From NCBI GenBank assembly GCA_030141605.1, contig JAQGDQ010000030.1, positions 665,171 to 729,170 on the forward strand: DNA of 64,000 bases. Direction: 5' to 3'. The position numbers and the translations under genes are program-made. Every line of letters starts with the position of its first letter. The stretch's first letter is position 1. This DNA comes from Tubiluchus corallicola. Lineage: Eukaryota > Animalia > Priapulida. The notes below the pieces were generated by a model that ran no database searches, was not told the origin of the DNA, and worked only from the letters and a program-made list of their open reading frames with translations. Below, piece after piece: positions 1 through 12,000 of this stretch.

Positions 1-78
1 TGACCCAGCAGATTTTTAGCCATGGATTAATTTTAAAGCCAACCATCAAGGCAATGTTACTATAGAATCTGTTTGCTC
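1..78 (-). CDS. SLC6 transporter exon 12 (partial, cut by window edge)
   Basis: [26 protein letters not shown]; TTTCAG acceptor. Confidence 0.92.
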
Positions 79-3000
79 CTGAAATGTAAGAAAAATACGT
101 TTAAGATGTACCTTGCTTCAGCGTTAATATTATATTTGCCGATAATACATAGTTTCGTGCTCAGAAACACGTTGCTGTAATAAAAATCCGAAATTATTAG
201 TTCAAAGCAGCATTTGATACTTCTAAATTTTCAATGGCAATGTAAAGACACTGTTGTGGCAGAAAATCTTTAAAAAAGTTTGTGACTGTTTCTTAACTAA
301 TAAAGCGGTTTGAGATAATAGGTAATTGCCATTTTTGAAACAATCCAGTATTTTGAGATACATGTATTCCAGTATCAGCAGTTGTCACGGACTGCACCTT
401 ATTCATTGTAATAACCGTTATTGCTTTTGTTCTGTAGTATGCCTAGCAGAAAAGTGTAATGTGTTGTGCTGCTCCCTTCGTTAAGAATTCAATCAACAGC
501 AATAATGGATGAGTCTGTTAATGAAGGTTTTTGACTTACCATAAACCCAGCCAATAGAAATGCACTCAAACAAGCAAAACCAGAGCATGGTCATTCCGCT
601 CACGGCATAGTAGTCCCAGAGATAGAACACGTATAACCCGCCCTATATAGACAAAAATTACATTTTAACAGGATAAGAAATTGGGAATAGAATTGAAATC
701 TATACGAAGCCACTACCTTAACAGTAAAACAATAACTATTTTTCACATGTAACATCCATAATGAAATATCTACAGATGGAAAAATGCCGCTTTTTAATAT
801 AGTCCATTTTCTTTCAGTAGTTGCACTGATATTATTTATTCAAACCCCGAATTCACAAAAAATATTCCTGTAAAGCAGAGAAAATATGCTGGGTTTAACT
901 GCATAGTGGTAATCTGAATGCAACAACATTTCTATTGTTAGCGTGGAAACCATTTTCAATTTCAAATGATAAATCTCCATCATAATAATTTTCAGCATCA
1001 TCTGTGGGTCACTTATTAAACAAAAAATATGTATCGAATTATGCAGTTATTATATAATTAAAATTGCTTACGTTTGTCACCATAGACAAGCCAAGGAGGA
1101 ATGATACAAATGACACCACGGCAATGAAGGTTTCCCGTCGGTATTTACCGTAGAGTTGTTTGGGAAATACATCGACTACAGCAGTGACAAACCCTTCCAC
1201 ACCAACAAACTATAAGCCAAAACCAAACACAGTGTTATGTAATTACAAATCAGTTCCGAAATATTGCAAAAAAGTAATAAAAACAGCAACAGTTAATATC
1301 ATCATATCATACGTCAATTACTAGCATTGGGCAGGCAGAATTCTAAAATAAAAAATCTGCCCTCAAGACAGGTAAACAAATCAGTTAATCTAGCAGAAAA
1401 GTGGACACTGCTAATATGCCAGCACAAGTCAGCACCACTTCTGACTAAAACTACAATATCTAAAACTAAAACAACAATTAAAATACTATTATTGCAGTAG
1501 CATCACATCACGGCAAAGAGAAAGAATTAAATGTTGCTGATACAGATATACACACTAGACAGTTGCAACAATTTACTTTGTGCTGCAATGTGTACTAGAA
1601 ATTTAATACTGTACCTCACATAATTTCAAGTTGCAAGTACCATAATATGGTGACTGCATCACTGCAAGTGATTTTCTCTAAGACAAACTGATTTTCTGTC
1701 AAATTAATTTAGAAAAGCAAAATTAAAAAATAGGATTGGTTAAAAAAACTAAGAAGAACGATGTATAGTTACAACCATTAGCCTAATATAGTAATATGGT
1801 TCAAACCATGATACAATACCTTACACAAATTATTATAAAAGAAATATTTATAAAGAGTGTTTATTTTATCCGATGTATTTTGACGATTTTCTGTTTTACT
1901 TGGTGTACATCCTTGTTGCGATTGATAGATCTCAAGATTTATTTATTCCACTTTATACTAAGCAAACGCGACCTTTCTAGGCATAAAAGCACTATCATCT
2001 TTCTAAAAATATAAACAATTTTGGTGCTTTTTGGGCTGCTGCAGAGTTATATAGACTGTTTCCGCATTTATAAGCAGATTTTAGTCAGTTTTAGTAGTGG
2101 TATGGTAAACACAAATGTGGAACACTTACTTGACTATCTAGTCCAACCAACATGATCATAAAGAAAAACAACACAGACCAAAGAGGAGCAACTGGCATTT
2201 GCGTGATGGCTTTAGGGTATGCAATGAAAGCGAGTCCTGGACCTAAATACATACAGCTAAATTAAAAAGTATACAGATTAATAGCATCAGGGCATTTAAT
2301 TAAGCACGCGTCACGGTTTATTATCTACAGTATGTTCTATTTATTACCAGATTCGGCCACATCATCTATAGGTACATCTTGCTCGTGCGACATGAAGCCA
2401 AGAACAGAGAAAACGACGAAGCCAGCGAATAAACTTGTGCAGCTATTGACACAGGCAATGATGATACAATCTCTGGAATGATTAAAAAGCTATAAAAACT
2501 AAAAGAAATGGTTATGTTCCTAGGTAGCTTCAGGAATGCGCAGTTGAATCAAGTGCTGAGGAGATTTCACTTATTTTCAGTCAATCGGATCATATTTGAA
2601 ACGCCTCATGTTGAAATTCCTGTCACGTGCAATGGGTGCACATGAAAAGGTGACACAAGGAAGAAAATATTTTATTTGAAAATGCAGATCGTAAGATTGC
2701 AAACTAATCCAAAAAGTCTTTGAGCACCACAAGCTAAACGTTAAATATGTATCCAAGGAGATTCAGACAATCATAAAATTTAATGATGCTGTTTTTGACA
2801 TTTTGTGATTTTTTTTGCAACGTTATTGTTACAGTAAAAATTTCACTGCTAGGTAGAATGAACTACAATTGCGCAAGAGTAATGAAGCATCAAGCATAAT
2901 TTTGAACCTGGAGCTACCCTCGGTGGAGGAGCACCTATCTTCAAAATCGGGAAGATCTGGCAAGTTCAGATGGAAGAATTAAGGATGAAATACCAAATAA

Positions 3001-6000
3001 AGCAGCACTTTACAATTGCTACTGTGTTTTGTGTCCGTCCTTAATTTAATTTAAAAACATTTTAGAACATTGTTTGAAAGTAGGTGCTACTCTGAGAGAT
3101 CTTCGACTTCGAGTCGAGCATATTCAGTGCTGTAAAGGATATAACAGAGCTGAAAGAACAATAAAGAAACCAGGAAAGCCCTCTGTCTCAGGCATATAAG
3201 AGAGTTTACTTGTAAGTGAAAATTTAAAAAAAAAGGCATACCAAAGTTTTAATAATGTCGAACCAGTATGGCATTGGTAATTCTAATTAAACAACGAAGT
3301 TATGGCTCAAGATTAAAAATCAACTTAAAACAAAACAGCATAACAGCACATGCTTTTGAATTTTTGGTGTTTTGTGTAAAATGATACAAAAGTAAATCTT
3401 AAGTCCAAATATCTGTTATCAAAAGGAAGAATGGTTAAATTCAGATAAAATAATTTTCAATAAGTTTAATTCTCTCAATATCTTTTTGTGGCTGAAAGTG
3501 AAATTAATACATTCGCCTATACTGCTAAAAGGAAATAATTTAAATTTTATTTTTGTGTATAAGTAGAAAAACGAGTAATAAAATCCTATTGCATGTTGTT
3601 CATTGACACTTTGTAGTAACTGAAAAAAGGCTTACTTGTAGCAGTTGTGGTGAAACGGATTATAGCTGCCCAAAGCTGTTTGCGCCCCAAGAGCAAGACC
3701 ATATGAGTAGAAAATTTGCGTTCCAGCATCGATCCAAACCTACAGTGGAATAATTGAAGCTTTATTTTTTTGTCGTGAGTGTCTGGTTAACCATTATGTT
3801 TTACCACTGTGAACATTTACTAGGGCTATGAAAATCTATAACACAAAGAGGTTTATGTTTGTATGTCTTTGAACTTTTGACTAACTATATATTCTGTTGC
3901 CTAATGGACGAAAAATAACACTTTTTAGACAGGCAGAAACCCATCTGGTATTGAACACTTTCATTAAAATTTAATGGTGTAATGAAGTTGACCATCGAAT
4001 ATATGGTCACTATATTACTACTATAGATTCTTACGTTAAGAGTTTAATTTCTTACCTGAGGTTCACGCAGTTTATACCACTTGGGAGACAGGTAGTATAT
4101 AATCCCCTTTCCGGCGCCAGGTAGCGTAACTCCTCGTATGAGCAGAACCGTGAGAACAACGTATGGAAATGTTGCAGTAAAGTAGACAACCTGTCAATGT
4201 CAAACGCTAAAACTGTCAACGGCTGTGACATTCAAGTACTGATATATATATATATATATAAACAATAACAACATAATTTTGAATAAATCATAGATTGTGC
4301 TCCTAGTTAAGTGGTACATAGGACATTTTAGCGTATACTGTAGTCCGCATTAGAGGTAAAATACCCATGGTTTTCAGGTTGTTAGTTATTTTGATATACT
4401 TGATAATTATAATGTACCAAAGTTAGAAAAAAAATGTAAATTCATCTTTCAGATTTTTTAAGCCTAAATGTGGTAATTTACAAGAATAGTGTACGGTCAA
4501 ACATGATTATAATGCCTCCTTCGTAATACCAACTTTTGGCAAAGCAAAATATCTTTATTTGCATAGACATCACGTAATGACTACTGTTTTGCTGTAAAAA
4601 GTAGGCAGTATAATTATAAGGGTTTTGACTGTAGTTAAAAAGCTATAAGCTTGTTATTATAAAAATTTATTTTATTTGGTACAAGATAAGTTTTGCATGC
4701 AAAAATCAAATGTACACGTGTGGAATCCGTTTTTGCAAAAAACACGTAAGCCAGTTCAGACGGATGAAAAAAATGTCGTTGTCTATGTTCTAAACTAAGG
4801 TTGACCAGAGTTCAGTGCACATACCTTTCCAGTAATTTTAACACCTTTAAATATGCAAAAGTAGCACATGACCCAGACTGCTAGCAAACACAGAGCTAAC
4901 TGCCACCTAATCTCTCCTGGTTCGTCAATACCTCCAGATATATTGTGTACTTTGTAGCTGAAATAAGAGAGTCTGTGTTGAAAAGTAACAAAGATTTAAT
5001 TAAATTATCGCCCACATGTTACTACATTTTAAAGCAACAATCTTTGATAATGTTCAAATGATAATAATCTCTGACAATGACGGCAAGTTATTTCTTATAT
5101 AAGTGACCCCGTCCTGGATACGCATGATGCCAAAAGTACCATGAAGTAATAGGTTATTGTAGAGTCTTATCTGCTGCAATTAGCAAAACAGCCTTGTGAA
5201 ACATTACTGGAACTAGTGCTACAGGAAAAGGGTATATTCTTTCAAAGCAACTGTGCAGTCATGTGTATGCCATTGGCAAGAATGTGGTAAATAGTAACAG
5301 ACAGACTTGACAAACAAAATTTTAATACATATACTTACTACCAGAATTCTTCTACTGGATCAACTGGTTTTAGAGGAGATGCAACAGTGGACGAAGAGTT
5401 GACTGTACCATTGAAAGAACTCAAGCACCTGCAAATAAAAATAAATCAAGTTTGACTTGAATTTAATTTTAACCATCGATTGAATAGAATAAAATAGGTG
5501 AAAGAATTTGCAAAACCCAATTTGCAGCTGTTTCTGGGCTTTAACTTATTGACAAATTAAAATGACAGTGACGTTGTTTTGAACTTTTGATAACAAACAA
5601 ATGGTTCCTTATTTTTAGGTAAAATAGTTATTCTTATGTAAAACGTTAGTACTTGAAATGTCGTAGGTTATTGGCATAAAATGATGAATTTAGGCTTGAA
5701 TCTACATATAACATTGCAAATTTAAAAAATAAATACATTAAAATAAACCAGTTATCATTTATCCCAGAGTGATGGCCAGGTAGAGACGTTTGAAATTATG
5801 ACATCTAGAATTCAAAAGTCGCAAGTCAAAAAAGGGCTTTGAGTGAACATTTTGGAATTGACTCCGAGAACTAAAAATTGCACAAAATAATAAGAAAATA
5901 AACAGGAAAGCTCATCTAAACAAGTTTAATTCTTTATATTACCTGTTCGAGTTCCACTGATTGCTGCAGGTAGCCCAGGGCAGCTGAGATGTAAAGGAAA

Positions 6001-9000
6001 TACAGAAGTAGTAAAGCGCCCAGGCTAAAACTACAATATAGTAAGTGTTGCACAGAAAACACACCACTGTCGTGCCAATACCAATACCTGTAATAATATT
6101 CACACTCAGTCATGTTAAAATGGTAATAGTAATGTTAAAATCCAGAAATGAAGAAGAAAATATTTTTTCGTAGTTATTGTAGTTATTTAAGTGATGTAGT
6201 TATTTAACGACTACAGTTAAATCAATATGGGAACAGAAGCATTTTAACTATAGGGTTTAATCTGAAGCTAAACTCAAATACAAAAATTTCCGTCCGCGTG
6301 TGTTACGATTCTGGTAGCATTTTAAGATTTTATAGATATACACACTACAAGTATTTTGAATTAAACGTAATGACTGTTACACGGAAAGTAGAAATATTCT
6401 TGTATACTTTATGCAGACTTAATTTCAAAAGCATGAACCGTCATTTTAGTTTACATATTAGTCTTGAAAACAAACAGTGATTGTTTTCCAAATAATTTTA
6501 TTTTTATGATACACGCTTAGCTATATAGCTTAAAATTGAATTTTGAAAAAAGAATTAATCTTAAACAGTAAGTTTCAATTCAGATTTAATCTACCAACTG
6601 TTTTTTTGCTCATTTTTGTTTAGTCTCTGTGCCCCGAGGGCCTACTCTAGTCTCTGGGATTACGGCTATAACCTTAAATACTAAAATAATAGCGTAATGG
6701 TTAATCCGAAACTGACTCCATCCCTTTTATGCAGCTTCTTAATTTACCTTTAGTGTGTTATAAATCAGTAAGAAAACTACCTTTAAATACAGGGCATATG
6801 TTCCACACACCAATTCCACCTTGTTGCATGTATTGTCCTAAAGATATTTCGAGGAAAAATACAGGAATACTTCCTGTCACCATGCAGATGAAATACGGAA
6901 CAAGAAAGGCACCTGAAATCGGCAATAGGATAATTATACGCTATTACAGTCATATTGCGAAAAAATGAGTAGACCATTTAACTTACATTTTCCAACTATT
7001 CAACGCATTACGTCAATTGGCTAATAAACAATGCATAAAGTAGGGTAAATACGAAGTAGATGATAGCGTATGTATATATCACTCGCACATTCAGAATGCT
7101 AGAAGGATTCAGTAATAAAAGTCTCATAAGTGCCTCGCGTAATTAGTAAAATCAACTTTAAAGTCGCGATCATTTCATGCTTAAGCGCATTCATTTTGAA
7201 TGGTCATTCTTCGACAAATGACGTCGCTACGATGTTTATGCGTCAAACGCAAGCTGTCGTTGGTCGCGTTCAAATCGTGAAAGTGTTCCTTTAACCAGTT
7301 TTTATAGGGTACATGCCATTTTGGCACGGGACATTTGGGCGGAGGATACTTGGGCACTGGACGCTTGACAACTAGGACATCTTTGGCCCTTTTTCTAGTT
7401 CCTTGAACAAGATATGTGGCGAAACTGCAATGCTCTTGGTATTTGGCAACGTAAACATGGCATTTGCGTCAGTACCCTCTATAGTTATAGCATATTTCTG
7501 ACGAATTTTGGGACAGGTGTTTTATTACATGTATACAGTGATCTGCCAAGCTGTCACTTGGTGGTTAGTCTATTAACATAAATATTTTATTTAGCATTAC
7601 AGGTTTTAGTGTGGTAAGTGCATTCAGCTAATTAATCTGCTAATTAATTAATTATTGTTTAATTTAATCCAGAGCAAGAAGGTTGATTTATGAAACATTA
7701 AAATTAGGAGAGTGGAAAACTACCAAGGCTGTGGAAAAGACCAGTGTTTCTCAAGTGTATGTACACTGCCACAAGCAGAGCGGGGACGTAGCCAGGTTCT
7801 AAAGCTAGGGAGAGCAAGCGCATAAAAAAGACATCGTGACGCATGAAGCAATTATATGTTTGTCTATGCCACAACAGACAGTGTGAGCATGTGACAAGAA
7901 TATATTATAGTAACTAGATTTGAGGCAATTTGATCCTTGGTTCTACCTTGACAAATGAGTTGTGTAAATGCATGCTCATGTCCAAAACACGGGAGGCAGA
8001 TTGGTCAAACAAAGTAATAAGGCAGGTTGTTCAAAAGGCGACAATTTTGAAAAATGTGCTAAGGGGTGCGTTTGCTCCTCTTGCTCCCCTATTAGCTATG
8101 AAACTTAAAGAATTAGACGTGCTTAGAATGACGCGAATATACTACTAATTTTTCAAAATCTTTTGCTTCTATTTTTGGACTACATACAATTTGAAAAACA
8201 GCAATTATTTTTAATGTCAGTTTGTGCTTACAAATTCAGCTTCGGTTAGATCAAGGCGCTTTCAGCTTCTTTCTATAAACAAATATACACAATTACACAT
8301 ATATAGAAAGTGAGTGGAGTTGATTAGTGTCACATTTTGTCTGGTTCCATTATTGTAATCGTTTTATCTGCAGGAAAGCGATTCTAGTTTCACCGAGACA
8401 CATGCGCTTTGCTCACAAAGAAGCGTTCCCAACCCGACTACATAGACTAAGGAAGCTCTGCCGTTATGAGCACTGCGTAGATAACTTTTAATATCCTGTC
8501 GCCGTTTTATCACTGACGTAATCAATTAGTCGTAGGCAACTCAGGACCACAGCCACAGCTTCTAAATCCTCTGCATTTTCTTTATGCGATTTTTGGATGA
8601 CTCTTGGCCCAGGATAACAGGTACATTTAATTTCATCTGCAAAGGACTATGCTTTGGCTGAGATGAGATGAGTTTTGAATTTTGCACGAGTTTAGGCCTT
8701 TAGCGTGCCACATACATCGAACTGTGACGTGCTATCGGTCAACAAAATAGAAAACTATTTGTAATTTTAATTGAAACACACACGTTCGTTTAGTCGAAGG
8801 CTGAAAGCTGTCGTTGATTTCAACATTCTGTTGGCTTTGGAACACGTCAAAAACTTTACAATTTGGCAAACGGTTGCTATTATCACTTCGTTGAGCATTT
8901 ATGTGCATTCACATTCTCTGTAGCTCAGAGGCTCACCTTAGGTGCATGGCTCTGATAATAAGCTAAATTTTAGTCTCGCCCAACCATCCATCTCATCGCC

Positions 9001-12000
9001 TGCCGTACTGAGTGCTGGATGTCGTTTTATAGCGTGCCAAATTACTAATTCGTGGCCGCCAATTATTCGGTGCGCATGGCGTGTTAAAGCTAAACTGAAC
9101 CTAATCTTAAATTGTAGGTTAAAACAATCCGCTCTTTAAAATATTGAAAGGAAACATACCATTTTTTCAAAAATGGCTTATGTGAAAGCATTATTACCAT
9201 ACAAACACAATTTCACGTTTGCGCCAATAGTTTCTTCGCTGTTACATGCATTTCGCTATTCGCTAGTTAGACGGGCACTAGCGCCTGCATTTCGGAAAGG
9301 TACCGCACAAAAAAACAGGTGCTGTGCATCTCAATTAAGATCGGTTAGTTTGTGATGAATTACGCACATTCGACAGCTCATGCGTGAGTACAACGGAAAA
9401 TTTGAAATTTGGATTTTTATCTTAAAACTTGCCTAGTTTTAGTACAGTACACTGAATATCTTACAGTAGCACTGCACTTCAATTTTCGCTCTCCTAAACT
9501 CGTGCAACACGCTCATGGAATACTTTTGCTGTTGAAAATTATGTTAGTTTGTGGTGTCATCAATAGTTGGGCTCGCCCGCTGTTAATTAAGCTTTTAATT
9601 TGTTATTTAATTATGAGAAATGCTTTTGCAGTATTAAGTGTGTTAAAATGTGTACTTTTCATTCATCGAACTTGAAAATGGGTAGTATGTGGAAAATCAT
9701 CACTCCGGCCTTTAATGAAAAGGCCGTTTCTTGGCTTATAGCACACGTCACGATAAACATTAGCTCACAACCTTGTTAATTCACTGAATGTTTTTAGATA
9801 TTAGACGATTTTTTTTTGAAAACAATTAAATTATTGAAATGATAGTGCGGCCTATGAAGAGCTGATAGTATCTGGATGAGCGATGGTGTAGTAGTAGCTA
9901 CCTTGCTTGATAGTGAAGCTAAGAAAGATTAAAGAGGAGGTTAATTGAAAAGAAAAACTATTTACAGAAATGATACACATATTAAAAGTAAATTGAAAAT
10001 TCATTTCAGAGAACACAGTTTTCTTGTGTTGTTGATGATGGTATGTTATATCTAGTTGACAGTTGGATATTTGTTCACATCTAGTATGGATAGCTATTGG
10101 TATGGAGGTAACCTCGAGCACAGGACACACAGAGGAGGACGCTACTTAAACGCACACCAACTAGTCTGCTTAGATTTGAATAAGCGTGTTTGAATTAACA
10201 AATTTAGAGTTTATTATTTAACTAGGACCTCGCGTTGCTGTTTAAGTTGTTGCGATTAGTTTATTTACTGGACCTTATGTGAAAGCTCGTCGTGTTAATA
10301 CGTAATACTCATGTGTATATTAATCAATTTTTCTCTTAACTGATTTGAGGGTATCCATTTACCATTTGCTGTCTCTACAGCCGCAGTGCTCTTGGGATAT
10401 TAAGCTGAACGTTTTATCCTACCAAAACCATCATATATCAACAACTAATAAAACAAAATACAACCAATGATAGCAAAACAAAATATAAAATAGTAACGGT
10501 TATAGCAAACCTAGTCGTGGATGTTGCAAAGGCTCTATAAGGTGTAGAGTAGCGTTAACAGTCCAGTAATTATCGAGTCGATTTTTGAAATTATTTATGG
10601 TCTGAGCCGAAATCACTTCTGCTGGTAATGTGTTCAAGGCATTTACTACGCGATTTCCAATAAGCGAACTTTCTGTGCTTTTGACTAACTTAAAACCATA
10701 GTCCCAATGGGCATTAAACAGATGCTTAATACAATCCGTGACATAGGTACAGATCGACCAATATCTCCCAGTATATAGTTTGTTTTTGCAACTTGCTGTT
10801 CATTATGGGCTAAAAACTCTAATTGATTGTCGACTAAGACCCCTAAATCGTTTTCTTCTGTAAGATATTGAACTACCATCGATCCGGTAATCATAAGCTG
10901 GACTGCACAAACCGAGACGAAGGGTCTTACATTTACTAGAATTGAATTGAACTGAGTTGCCCCAGTTTGCACCAAGTATTTAAATGGTTGATGTCTTCCG
11001 GCAGCGCCTGGTGGTCATTATAGTTTATAATTTGGCGAAGTACTTTCGTATCGTCAGCAAAGAGCCCGCAGACAGACGAAATGCTATCAGGCAAATCATT
11101 AATGAAACAGACAAACAAAACTAGAGCTAGGACGCTGCCCTGTGGAATTCCACTGATGACTGGCTATTACTCAAATGCGACTACATCCACCATAACTCTC
11201 TGCACTTGACCTCGCAAGAAATTGTCTATCCACAATAGGAAATTCCCTCGGTTTCCTAGACCATGAAGTTTCTTGGATAGACGAGTATGTGGCATAATAT
11301 CAAAATCCAAAAATATTACGTCAGCTGGAATATCCTTTTGTAGGGATGCAGTCCAGTGATCGAGTGCTCTTAAGAGATTAGTTAAACACGAGTGACCTCT
11401 TGTTAATTAAGATGACACACGAGTGACCAAGCACCTTAGATGTCGAATTTTAAATTCTGTCAATAATGTTTAATTCCATGCTGTGCTTCATTTACTCTGA
11501 TTTTTCTAAATGCTCAGACATTTTTGCACACTGGAATGAATTTTCCATTTGCTTTTAATGTGCGTATCATTTCAGTAAACAATTTTTTCTTTTTAATTAA
11601 CCCCCTCTTTAATATTTCTTAACTTGTAAATCGTGTTTTTACCTATGCAACTAATTTTACTTGTATCTGTACGTCTTATATCTTTAATTTTATCTGTATG
11701 TATTTTATGGCTATAACTATGTATGTGTACGAGCTGAAGAAAAAGAATAAATAAATAAATAATCCACGATGGTGGCCCGACAGTAAATTATTACGTTTAA
11801 GACGTTCCATTGTTGCATGTCGGACAGTTTCCTCCAGTAGCTCACACTAGTTATCTTGGTGACCCTATAGTTGCCAACATCACTTAGGTCCTTTCCTGAA
11901 AGTCGGTGTGATGTTTGCTTGCTTCCACGCGCGAGATACAACACCTGAACACAATGATAAATTGAAAATTGGACCTTAAGTTCGGTATATCACCTGTGTT

